Below are positions 8,738 through 17,392 of a stretch of DNA of 64,000 nucleotides, piece by piece. Position numbers and translations under genes: made by a program. The DNA comes from an uncultured virus (IMG/VR IMGVR_UViG_3300008107_006367) (taxonomy: Duplodnaviria; Heunggongvirae; Uroviricota; Caudoviricetes), in IMG/VR virus record IMGVR_UViG_3300008107_006367, one strand, 5' to 3'. Each line of letters opens with the position of its first letter. Position 1 is the stretch's first letter. The notes under the pieces were generated by a model. It was given only the letters and a program-made list of their open reading frames with translations. It did no database searches and was not told where the DNA came from.

Positions 8738-9594
8738 GTAAACTTTGGACATTTGGGGATAGCTTTACTGCAGGACATGGATGTAAATATTTTGATAATC
8801 CGGCTCATAACTATCTTAGTCCTTTTAAAAACTATATAGTAGCTGGTAAAAAAATTTGGAATGAGATTGTCGCAGACTCGTTATCATTAGAGTTAGTGGA
8901 TTTATCCAAAAATGGTATTACTACTGATACTATTTTTGATACATTATTGGAACATACATCAACTATCACTCCATCCGACATTGTTATAATACAAACATCT
9001 ACCATTGGTAGATTTGATTTTCCTTTTTTAAAACAAAATACTTTAATGGGAACTAATATGTTTGATTCTCCTTATTTTCTTAAACCTATATTTGTTACTA
9101 GTTTACTAAAAGAGTATCGTAAAGAATCTGAAAATATATTAAAATATGTAAACAGTCAAGAGGATTTAAAAAATAATAATTTAAAGTTAAATAAAACCAA
9201 ATACGATACAATTCGCAATTTTTTTTCAGAATTTATTATGACTGAAAAATATTATGAACGTAGTATTTGGAGAATTGTAGAATTTACAAAGATTTTAAAA
9301 TCAATGGGAATAACTACATATATTATAAATGAAGATATTTGGCCAAAATATTTATCGAAACCAACTAATCTAATGGAAATACATCCGAGAGGGATGTACG
9401 GATTTGTGGACGAATTAAACCTAACAATATATGCGGATACTAATGGTTGGATAAACGATTGGCATCCTAGTTATGATGGGCATATTAATATAGCAAATTT
9501 TATTATAAATTTTATTAAAAATGAAACTACTAATATACACAACTCACAGAACGGGTTCAACATCGTTAGCTCAACTGTTGATGACCCATTATAA
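8734..9594 (+). CDS. SGNH/GDSL hydrolase-like protein
   Basis: TFGDSFTAG, DWHPSYDGH. Confidence 0.75.
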   Translation: MSKLWTFGDSFTAGHGCKYFDNPAHNYLSPFKNYIVAGKKIWNEIVADSLSLELVDLSKNGITTDTIFDTLLEHTSTITPSDIVIIQTSTIGRFDFPFLKQNTLMGTNMFDSPYFLKPIFVTSLLKEYRKESENILKYVNSQEDLKNNNLKLNKTKYDTIRNFFSEFIMTEKYYERSIWRIVEFTKILKSMGITTYIINEDIWPKYLSKPTNLMEIHPRGMYGFVDELNLTIYADTNGWINDWHPSYDGHINIANFIINFIKNETTNIHNSQNGFNIVSSTVDDPL

Positions 9595-10048
9595 ATGTGA
9601 TTATCAAAGAGAAGGGTTTTATAACAATAAAAATTTTTCAAAAATAATAAATGATGTAGAAAATATTATAATAAAATTAACTCCATCGGAAGCTAAATAT
9701 GATTTAGTTAGAAATAGTTTTGATAAGTGTATTGTTCTTGTCAGAAATAATCTAAAAGAGCAAGCTGAAAGTAGGTTATACGCAGAACATGTTAAAAAAT
9801 ATTTTTCTCCATATACAATAGATGATTCATTCTTAAAAGAAAATACCAATGAATTAAATCGTATGGAGCAAATTATAAAAGAAGAAAATCAGATACTAAG
9901 TAAGTGTGAAAATTGCTTACACATTACATATGAGGATTTATATTATGGTAATGGTTTAAAATCAGTAGAAGATTATTTAAAAATATCGACTGTTTTAAAA
10001 TTAGATAATTCTAAGAAGTATAGAAATGGTAAACGTAATATGATTTAA
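9521..10048 (+). CDS. sulfotransferase-like protein
   Basis: HRTGSTSL, LVR..L..QAES, ITYEDL. Confidence 0.7.
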   Translation: MKLLIYTTHRTGSTSLAQLLMTHYKCDYQREGFYNNKNFSKIINDVENIIIKLTPSEAKYDLVRNSFDKCIVLVRNNLKEQAESRLYAEHVKKYFSPYTIDDSFLKENTNELNRMEQIIKEENQILSKCENCLHITYEDLYYGNGLKSVEDYLKISTVLKLDNSKKYRNGKRNMI

Positions 10049-10049
10049 T

Positions 10050-10628
10050 ATGAGAATATTATTAATTGCCGCAGGCAGAGTTGGTGGTACTAGAATTGGT
10101 GAATGGATTGGATATGAAACCAATATAGAATATATGCACGAACCATTTTCAGAATGGAGAAATGATGTTAATATATTTTTAAATAAATTGAGAAAAGAAA
10201 ATGACCCGATGGTTGTTAAAGTATTTCCGGGTGAAGAGTGGAATAGAGTAAAACATTTTCATTGGGATAAAATTATAGGAATAACTCGTACAAACGTAAG
10301 AGAATGTGCAGAAAGTAATGCCATTGCATTAGAAACAAATGTTTGGCATAGTAATTATTTGGTAGACTTAAATTGGGTTATTGAAAATGAAGATAAAATA
10401 AAATCAATTGAATCAGATATCAATGTAATGCAAAATGATATTTTAAATAACCCACATATAGAATTATTTATAACGTATGAGGGTATTTTCGAAACCGGCA
10501 TAGATAGAATTAAGTTGATGAATTATTTGAATATAAGTAATCCAAAATGCGATGCTATGTTAAATTCAAAATACAGATATAAAAAAACAAATATATTAGA
10601 AATACCCATATCTAAAAAATTAGTATAA
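10050..10628 (+). CDS. sulfotransferase-like protein
   Basis: GRVGGT, HEPF, ITR..ECAES, ITYE. Confidence 0.65.
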   Translation: MRILLIAAGRVGGTRIGEWIGYETNIEYMHEPFSEWRNDVNIFLNKLRKENDPMVVKVFPGEEWNRVKHFHWDKIIGITRTNVRECAESNAIALETNVWHSNYLVDLNWVIENEDKIKSIESDINVMQNDILNNPHIELFITYEGIFETGIDRIKLMNYLNISNPKCDAMLNSKYRYKKTNILEIPISKKLV

Positions 10629-10630
10629 TA

Positions 10631-10662
10631 TTTGGTTTAATCAAATATTATTCTTATATTTG
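10631..10662 (+). promoter_or_regulatory. Bacteroidota sigma70-type promoter TTTG-N20-TATATTTG
   Basis: Matches known -33 TTTG / -7 TAnnTTTG consensus. Confidence 0.75.
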
Positions 10663-10667
10663 CGGTT

Positions 10668-10991
10668 ATGATAGTTGTACCAGAAACTCCGATAACAGAC
10701 GTTAGTTTTACTAAATGGAATCCATGCATCAAATTAGAGGTGAAGGATGAAAATTTAGAAGATACTTACCATTACTACATCATACCACTTATTGATGTAA
10801 CACAACAAGAGTTAGAAAATAATTTAGAATCAATCCCATCATTGTGGTCATCCGAATCAACAGAGTTTGAATCCGAAGAAGGGGTTACCTTATATACCAT
10901 GCGATTATTCGATGAGGACCTGCCAGAATTAACCACAGAAGAGGAAGTGGAAATACTTTACAAAATTTTGACAAAAAAAGACCTGTATTAA
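10668..10991 (+). CDS. acidic hypothetical protein
   Basis: ORF immediately after promoter. Confidence 0.65.
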   Translation: MIVVPETPITDVSFTKWNPCIKLEVKDENLEDTYHYYIIPLIDVTQQELENNLESIPSLWSSESTEFESEEGVTLYTMRLFDEDLPELTTEEEVEILYKILTKKDLY

Positions 10992-11023
10992 TTTGGAAAT
11001 TTGAAAAAATTTTTGTATATTTG
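10992..11023 (+). promoter_or_regulatory. Bacteroidota sigma70-type promoter TTTG-N20-TATATTTG
   Basis: Exact consensus and spacing. Confidence 0.75.
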
Positions 11024-11084
11024 AGGTATCTTTTTATAATACTTAAACAGAAAGCAGACAGCACTAGAAAATTAAAACTTAAAT

Positions 11085-11732
11085 ATGAAACAAAAGACAG
11101 AAAAAGAATTGAAAGAAAACTACGATAAGTTCATAGCAGTAGTTAAGAAGTATTTTACAGGTGAAAGATTAGAGAGGCTTTTACATATGTATTCTGAAGG
11201 TGAGTTAGGGCAAAATCTTGCAATTGCGCCAGCAAGTGGTAATGCAGGATACCATAATTGTTATACAGGTGGTTACATTGACCACATTTTCAATGTTTGT
11301 AAAAACGCACTTAAAGTTAAAGAATTATTTGTTCAGTTGGGCGGTAAAGTAGATTTTACAGACGAAGAATTAATATTTGTCGCATTACATCACGACTTAG
11401 GTAAATTGGGTTTAAAAAATAAACCATACTACATCCCAAATCCTTCGGATTGGCATATTAAGAACCAAGGTAAAGTATATACAGCTAACCCAGAATTACA
11501 CCATATGACTCATACGGATAGAACTATATTCGTATTACAACAATATGGTATTACTTTTTCAGAGGCCGAATATTTTGGTATGAAACTTACTGATGGATTA
11601 TATGATGAAGATAATATGAAGTACTTAAAGGTATTTGATATTAGTAAGAGAATGAAATATAAGATTCCATATATAATGCATTGGGCGGACCATATATCCA
11701 CAGTAATAGAATCACAAAGTAACGAAATTTAA
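11085..11732 (+). CDS. HD-domain phosphohydrolase
   Basis: YHNCYTGGYIDH, HHDLGK, HWAD. Confidence 0.85.
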   Translation: MKQKTEKELKENYDKFIAVVKKYFTGERLERLLHMYSEGELGQNLAIAPASGNAGYHNCYTGGYIDHIFNVCKNALKVKELFVQLGGKVDFTDEELIFVALHHDLGKLGLKNKPYYIPNPSDWHIKNQGKVYTANPELHHMTHTDRTIFVLQQYGITFSEAEYFGMKLTDGLYDEDNMKYLKVFDISKRMKYKIPYIMHWADHISTVIESQSNEI

Positions 11733-11800
11733 TCTGACTAATTTTCCGATTTGTAACAAAGTTAATGTAATTTTGTCAGTAAATTGTTACAAAAAGAGGG

Positions 11801-11816
11801 TTGGTATAAAAGTTGA
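11801..11816 (+). promoter_or_regulatory. sigma54-like -24/-12 element upstream of hsp20
   Basis: TTGGTATAAAAGTTGA vs TGGCAC-N5-TTGC (GG-N10-GA); inverted repeats at 11734-11793. Confidence 0.4.
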
Positions 11817-11856
11817 ACATATAGGGTATATTGTTTAACTTAAAAATTATTTAATT

Positions 11857-12255
11857 ATGTTTTATTCAGATTTTGACAAATTCGTTGAGAAATTATTAGT
11901 GGCTGATAACAAACCACTTTGGGAAACACATTCGAGAACATTTGTTCCTTCTAAATTTGCAGTTGATGTAAAGGATGAAAAAGCCTACATAGCTCTATCG
12001 GTATTAGGACACGAACCTAAAAACATTGATATCAATTGCTATGAGGATAAGATTGAAATCAAAGCAAAAAAAGAAAGTAAGGAAGAAAAAACGCCGTTTG
12101 ATGAATTAGTAGCTAATATCGATGAAAGAATTACTTTAGGTAAAGATTTAGATGGTAGAAGCGCTAAAGCAGAATTTAAAAATGGTATTCTTACATTGGT
12201 TATAGAAAGAAAAGAAGAATCTAAGCCAAAGAAAGTTTCAATAAAAGTTGGTTAA
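11857..12255 (+). CDS. small heat shock protein Hsp20/alpha-crystallin
   Basis: AEFKNGILTL motif, C-terminal V-S-I (IxI) motif. Confidence 0.9.
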   Translation: MFYSDFDKFVEKLLVADNKPLWETHSRTFVPSKFAVDVKDEKAYIALSVLGHEPKNIDINCYEDKIEIKAKKESKEEKTPFDELVANIDERITLGKDLDGRSAKAEFKNGILTLVIERKEESKPKKVSIKVG

Positions 12256-12279
12256 TTCATTTTTTTATTGTATATTTAT

Positions 12280-12310
12280 AGGGTGGTAGCGAAAGTTACC
12301 ACCTTTTTTA
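12280..12310 (+). terminator. Rho-independent terminator after hsp20
   Basis: GGGTGGTAGC-GAAA-GTTACCACCT stem with GNRA loop plus T run. Confidence 0.85.
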
Positions 12311-12329
12311 TTTAATAATACTTATTATT

Positions 12330-12506
12330 ATGAATTATACAGAAAAAATACAAACATTGTTAGAATCATTAGATGGTAAACTACGCATCATACAAAACGT
12401 AGCAAATGGTGCCCAACAACTATCACCATCAGATATTAATAAAACAATTGAAGATGCTCGAAAAATAGTAGAGCGTACTTCTGAATTAGTATCAATTATC
12501 AGATAA
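12330..12506 (+). CDS. small helical hypothetical protein (58 aa)
   Basis: MNYTEKIQTLLESLDGKLRII...VSIIR; preceded by ATACTTAT; abuts next ATG. Confidence 0.6.
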   Translation: MNYTEKIQTLLESLDGKLRIIQNVANGAQQLSPSDINKTIEDARKIVERTSELVSIIR

Positions 12507-12507
12507 T

Positions 12508-13620
12508 ATGAATTGGCTTAAGATTTTAGTGGGTCTATCCGCACTAATTATCGCAGGATGTGCGGCTTACTTCTCCGTAACGGGACTAGGTGTATTATTC
12601 GCTGGTGCTTCACTATCGGTAATGATAATGGCTTCCGCATTAGAACTGGCAAAGTTAGTTGCGGCTACTTATTTGAAGCAAAAATGGGATGAAATTAGTG
12701 GATTTAATAAATGGTACATAACGATTTCCGTTGGTGTATTGATGTTAATCACTTCTGCCGGTATTTTTGGTTACCTTTCAAACGCATTCCAACAACAAAA
12801 CATTCAGTTGATGCAGATTGAAAGAGAAATTTCCGTTTTTGATACAAAAATTAAGCAAAATGAGAGTGAAATTGCTCGTTATACCACTCAATTAACCAAT
12901 CAACAAAACATTCGTAACTCACAAGAGCAAAATATTTCAAAAGTTGTTGAAAGAAATGGTTCAACATCACGTCTTTCTCAAATGGTTCGTAATGCTGATA
13001 AGGAAATTACTCAAATTTCAGCAAAAATTAATACTTTAACTGAAGAAAATAACAAAAATTACGAAGAAATCAATAAAATTAAAAACGCAAACATTGATAT
13101 AGAGAAAGAAGTGGGTGGATTCCGATTTGTAGCCGAAGCATTCAATGTAGAATTGGCTCAAGTAGTGAAATTTTTCATATTTTTGATAGTTTTGGTGTTT
13201 GACCCACTCGCAGTTGCTTTAATTATCGCTTTTAACGGATTAATTTCTGATAAAAAGCGTAAACAAAGAGAAGCTCTGATAGAAATGATGGAAAATGATG
13301 AAAAATTGGGGTTATATGAGGTATATGGTGATAAAAAAGAGGATATAGTGGAAAATAATTCACAAAATATCGAAGATAGTGGAAAAAAATCAACATTAGA
13401 GGAAGAAAATGTACTTAATGTGGAAAATAACCAACAAACCACAACAGAAATGCCAGATTTAAAATGGGAAGAATATATGCATCCCGAATTTCCATGGAAT
13501 AATCGTAGTTTGTGGATAAATAACCCAAAAGCGGTTAACTATTGGTTAAATAACAAAAAAGGTACAGTTAGAGAGTTAGCTAGAATCCGAAGCGAACAAG
13601 AAAACGTAAAAACATATTAA
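12508..13620 (+). CDS. multi-TM membrane protein with central coiled coil
   Basis: Three N-terminal TM helices, LELAKLV, coiled coil, VFDPLAV TM helix. Confidence 0.75.
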   Translation: MNWLKILVGLSALIIAGCAAYFSVTGLGVLFAGASLSVMIMASALELAKLVAATYLKQKWDEISGFNKWYITISVGVLMLITSAGIFGYLSNAFQQQNIQLMQIEREISVFDTKIKQNESEIARYTTQLTNQQNIRNSQEQNISKVVERNGSTSRLSQMVRNADKEITQISAKINTLTEENNKNYEEINKIKNANIDIEKEVGGFRFVAEAFNVELAQVVKFFIFLIVLVFDPLAVALIIAFNGLISDKKRKQREALIEMMENDEKLGLYEVYGDKKEDIVENNSQNIEDSGKKSTLEEENVLNVENNQQTTTEMPDLKWEEYMHPEFPWNNRSLWINNPKAVNYWLNNKKGTVRELARIRSEQENVKTY

Positions 13621-13624
13621 TTTA

Positions 13625-13656
13625 TTTGGTTTTCTCATATTTTTTGTTTATATTTG
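13625..13656 (+). promoter_or_regulatory. Bacteroidota sigma70-type promoter TTTG-N20-TATATTTG
   Basis: Exact consensus and spacing. Confidence 0.75.
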
Positions 13657-13679
13657 AATATAACTAATAAACTTTAAAT

Positions 13680-14624
13680 ATGAATTTAGGATACGCTTGT
13701 ATTAATATGACGATGGGTAAGAAAGTATCTACTAATCGTACAATGGTTAAAAGAACCTTTGAATCTAAAGGGTTAGATTATGTATCCGAACTGGCATTAG
13801 CTAATGCAAGTGATATTATCAAAATATTAGAATGGAATAGATTAAATGGTATCAACTTTTTCCGTTTATCTTCAGCAATAATTCCGTGGGGCGACCATAT
13901 CGATTTAACCCAACTCAAAGACTACAAACAAATCAAATCAGAACTCAAAAAAGCAGGTGATTTCGCTAAGTTTTGGGAAATGCGTATAAATTCACACCCT
14001 GGCCCATTTTGTGTACTTACTTCGCCAAATGAAACTGTTGTAACTAACGCAATTGCAGATTTAGAACTACATGGTAAGATATTTGATATGATGGGTTTAT
14101 CTAAAACCACATACAATAACATTAATATTCATTGTAATGGTGTCTATGGAGATAAACAATCCGCTATGGATAGATTTATCACTAACTTCAAAAGACTCTC
14201 TAAATCGGTTCAAAATAGGCTCACAATTGAGAATGATGATAAGGCTTCAATGTATTCAGTTAAAGACCTTATGTATATTCATAATCATACAGGCATTCCA
14301 ATTGTATTTGATTACCATCATCACCAATTTTGTACAGGTGATTTATCAGAAGAACAAGCTCTTAAACTTGCAGCAACCACTTGGCCATTAGATATCAGAC
14401 AAGAGGTTCATTATTCAGAATCAAAAGCATTGCACGAAAATAATCCAAAAGAAAAACCACAAGCTCACTCATTATATATCAACTCACTACCAAATACATA
14501 CGGATTAGATATTGATGTTATGGTAGAAGCTAAAGGTAAGGAGTTAGCCATATTACCTTATTTAAAAAAAAGTATAAATGAAAAAGTACGCATTGTTCAT
14601 AGGCCGATGGCAGAATTGGCATAA
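13680..14624 (+). CDS. uvsE: UV DNA damage endonuclease
   Basis: LGYACIN, FFRLSS, HPGPF, IENDDK, FDYHHH, HYSES, MVEAKGKELA. Confidence 0.92.
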   Translation: MNLGYACINMTMGKKVSTNRTMVKRTFESKGLDYVSELALANASDIIKILEWNRLNGINFFRLSSAIIPWGDHIDLTQLKDYKQIKSELKKAGDFAKFWEMRINSHPGPFCVLTSPNETVVTNAIADLELHGKIFDMMGLSKTTYNNINIHCNGVYGDKQSAMDRFITNFKRLSKSVQNRLTIENDDKASMYSVKDLMYIHNHTGIPIVFDYHHHQFCTGDLSEEQALKLAATTWPLDIRQEVHYSESKALHENNPKEKPQAHSLYINSLPNTYGLDIDVMVEAKGKELAILPYLKKSINEKVRIVHRPMAELA

Positions 14625-14946
14625 AGGACATGAATGGTTAATCCGCCAGCAAATGGATAAAGGAAAAAATGTATGGGTTGCAATTAGAGATGTTCCAAAA
14701 GATGAGAACAATCCTAAATCAGCTCAAGAAGTTTTAACTATGTTACAAAACGAACCATTTTTTCAAAACAATTGGGATAAATTATTTGTATCAATTATCC
14801 CTGATATTGAATCAGTAAACTATGGTAGAGGCGTTGGATACGATGTTATTTTCCACGAACCACCAACCGAAATTGCGGAAATAAGTGGTACTAAAATTAG
14901 AAAAGGAGTTATTGATTCCAATGGTAATGAAACTACCACAAAATAA
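14578..14946 (+). CDS. HxGH-family nucleotidyltransferase (cytidylyltransferase-like)
   Basis: FIGRWQNWHKGH, YGRGVGY, ISGTKIR. Confidence 0.8.
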   Translation: MKKYALFIGRWQNWHKGHEWLIRQQMDKGKNVWVAIRDVPKDENNPKSAQEVLTMLQNEPFFQNNWDKLFVSIIPDIESVNYGRGVGYDVIFHEPPTEIAEISGTKIRKGVIDSNGNETTTK

Positions 14947-14955
14947 CTTATTTTT

Positions 14956-15489
14956 ATGTTTATACAAAAAGAAATATTTACAAAAAGCGAATGTTCTAAA
15001 ATATTAGAAATAGTAACAACTGCTCCAAAATTAGATGGATTTCTTTTGTATAATAAAAATGGTGTAAAAGCTTCATTTGATGAATATAAAGTATTAGATA
15101 ACGAAGATAATAGTTGGTTCTTAGATATTATAAAAAAATTCATATACGAATCAATTTATATAGAAACAACAAAGCTTAATTTAGATTCTAATATTTTAAC
15201 ATATAAAGCTGGTGATAAATTTTCAAAACATATAGATTTATCTCCAAATGATACAAATCCAAGAATATATACTTTAGGTGTTTTACTAAGTGATGAGTTT
15301 GAAGGCGGCGATTTAAAAGTATATGATACTATGAACAATAAAGTATTAACACTAAATAAAGTTGTAGGAAATTGTTATATATTTGAATCTACAATAGAAC
15401 ATGAAGTTGAAGAAATAACCAAAGGTATTAGAAACTCATTGATAATTCACATAAAAAACACAGAAGTAATTAAAAAAAATATATTATAA
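14956..15489 (+). CDS. 2OG-Fe(II) oxygenase (prolyl-hydroxylase-like)
   Basis: FSKHID, EFEGGDL, HEVEEITKGIRNSL. Confidence 0.85.
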   Translation: MFIQKEIFTKSECSKILEIVTTAPKLDGFLLYNKNGVKASFDEYKVLDNEDNSWFLDIIKKFIYESIYIETTKLNLDSNILTYKAGDKFSKHIDLSPNDTNPRIYTLGVLLSDEFEGGDLKVYDTMNNKVLTLNKVVGNCYIFESTIEHEVEEITKGIRNSLIIHIKNTEVIKKNIL

Positions 15490-15702
15490 ATGCCATTAGT
15501 AAAAAGACACATAGCTAAGAGTATAAGTTATAGATTCGTTGGAACAATAACAACTATATTACTAACATTAGCCGCAGGATTACCATTAAAGTGGGCAGGA
15601 ATGGTTGGAATGGGTGAATTATTGTTTAAACCTATTATTTATTTTTTACATGAAAGAGTTTGGTATCAATATATAAAATACGGATTAAAAAAACAAAAAT
15701 AA
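15490..15702 (+). CDS. DUF2061-like small membrane protein
   Basis: RHIAKSISYRFVGT...YFLHERVW. Confidence 0.8.
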   Translation: MPLVKRHIAKSISYRFVGTITTILLTLAAGLPLKWAGMVGMGELLFKPIIYFLHERVWYQYIKYGLKKQK

Positions 15703-15703
15703 A

Positions 15704-15814
15704 ATGGAAAATCAAGGCAAAAGACCAGAACAAATTAAATTCTCACAAGATGTATCCTTTTATGCTATTATTGGATTAATAATAACATTAGGAATTATTT
15801 TAATAACAAATTAA
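15704..15814 (+). CDS. small C-terminally anchored membrane peptide (36 aa)
   Basis: MENQGKRPEQIKFSQDVSFYAIIGLIITLGIILITN; fills gap exactly. Confidence 0.55.
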   Translation: MENQGKRPEQIKFSQDVSFYAIIGLIITLGIILITN

Positions 15815-15819
15815 ATATT

Positions 15820-16455
15820 ATGAAATTAATAGTTGATAAAAAACAAACCGGAATGCCAAATTCGGATTTTGCAAAATTCTTAAAAAACCCAGTTCCTAAA
15901 TCCGAACTGACTCAATTTGAAGCAGATGTATTAAAAGATACATTATTTGCAGCACTCAAAGGATTAGGCGGAGTTGGATTATCTGCAAACCAAATTGGTG
16001 TAAATAAAAGAGCATGTGTTATTAAATTTAACGATGTTGAACTATTTCTATTAAACCCTGTTATTAAAGAACGTTCTAATGATGGGTTTATTTTCTATGA
16101 AGGTTGTTTATCTATTCCAGATACAATAAAAAAGCCTGTAAGAACTATTCGTGCTACATACGTTGTTGTACAAACTGATAATTTGGGTGAATTACGATTT
16201 GAAATAAATCCAGAAGAAGATAGAAAGGGAGAAAAAGTATCGGATGATACTATGAAAACAGTAGTGGTTCAGCATGAAATAGACCACCTAGATGGTATTA
16301 CAATTAAAGATAGAGTATATTCTACAACTGTTGTTAAAAAGCAAACATATGGTAGAAATGATAAGATTGTTATGAAAGCACCGGATGGTGAATTAGTGGA
16401 AGTAAAGTATAAAAAAGCAAACGATTATTTTTTAAAAGGATATGAAGTAGTATAA
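15820..16455 (+). CDS. def: peptide deformylase
   Basis: GVGLSANQIG, EGCLS, QHEIDHLDG. Confidence 0.92.
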   Translation: MKLIVDKKQTGMPNSDFAKFLKNPVPKSELTQFEADVLKDTLFAALKGLGGVGLSANQIGVNKRACVIKFNDVELFLLNPVIKERSNDGFIFYEGCLSIPDTIKKPVRTIRATYVVVQTDNLGELRFEINPEEDRKGEKVSDDTMKTVVVQHEIDHLDGITIKDRVYSTTVVKKQTYGRNDKIVMKAPDGELVEVKYKKANDYFLKGYEVV

Positions 16456-16456
16456 T

Positions 16457-16696
16457 ATGGAAATAGTAATAATATTTTTAGTTGTATGCTTAGCAGTTGC
16501 TGGATATACAATTTATAATCTTCTAAGTAAATTAGAGAGATATGAAGAATTTATAGAACAACAAGAACAATATAATATAACATTACTGGAGACATTGCGT
16601 GAAATTGATTCTAAGCAAATGTTTGAGAAGGATGATGAAGTAGGTTCTTTATTTACACAAGTAAAGGATACAATCGAACTTTTCAAACAATTTTAA
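16457..16696 (+). CDS. N-terminal TM plus coiled-coil hypothetical protein
   Basis: Hydrophobic N-terminus. Confidence 0.65.
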   Translation: MEIVIIFLVVCLAVAGYTIYNLLSKLERYEEFIEQQEQYNITLLETLREIDSKQMFEKDDEVGSLFTQVKDTIELFKQF

Positions 16697-16698
16697 AA

Positions 16699-17388
16699 AT
16701 GCCTAGAAAAAGAGTACCCAGAATATATTTTACAAAAGATACAGAAGATGCTATCATCGAATATAATAAAACCGATGACCAGCGTATAAAAAATAGATTA
16801 TACAAAGATAGAATTCAGCATTCATTTGAAAAGCTGGCTGAAATTGTTTATAACAAATGGAAGTTCACATACTTCGATGATGACCCACAAGATGTAATGG
16901 CAGAAGTAGTTGCCTTTATGATTGAGAAGATTCATATGTACCAAGAGGGTAAGGGAAAAGCATTCTCTTACTTTACTATTGTTGCCAGAAACTATCTTAT
17001 TCTAAACAATAATTCCAACTACAAAAGATATAAAGATACAGATGTAATGTCCTCTCTGCCGGATAATTGGGATACGGAAAATAATTGGGCAGAAGAAGTT
17101 CGTAATGCAGAACATAGAACTTTTAATGAACGAATGTTAGAATATTGGGATACTCACTTAGAAAACTTCTTTCAGAAAAAAAGAGATATCCAAATTGCAG
17201 ATGCAGTATTAGAGCTCTTTAGAAGAGCAAATTACATTGAAAGCTTCAATAAAAAATCATTGTATCTACTTATTAGAGAAATGACCGGCTATCCTACACA
17301 CTATATAACTAAAGTTGTCAACAAAATGAAAGAAAGACAGATGGAGTTATATAATGAGTTTGATAGAGATGGTGATATAAAAATTTAA
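16699..17388 (+). CDS. phage sigma factor (gp55-like, probable late transcription)
   Basis: Region-2-like KGKAFSYFTIVARNYLI and C-terminal HTH-like segment. Confidence 0.65.
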   Translation: MPRKRVPRIYFTKDTEDAIIEYNKTDDQRIKNRLYKDRIQHSFEKLAEIVYNKWKFTYFDDDPQDVMAEVVAFMIEKIHMYQEGKGKAFSYFTIVARNYLILNNNSNYKRYKDTDVMSSLPDNWDTENNWAEEVRNAEHRTFNERMLEYWDTHLENFFQKKRDIQIADAVLELFRRANYIESFNKKSLYLLIREMTGYPTHYITKVVNKMKERQMELYNEFDRDGDIKI

Positions 17389-17392
17389 TAAT

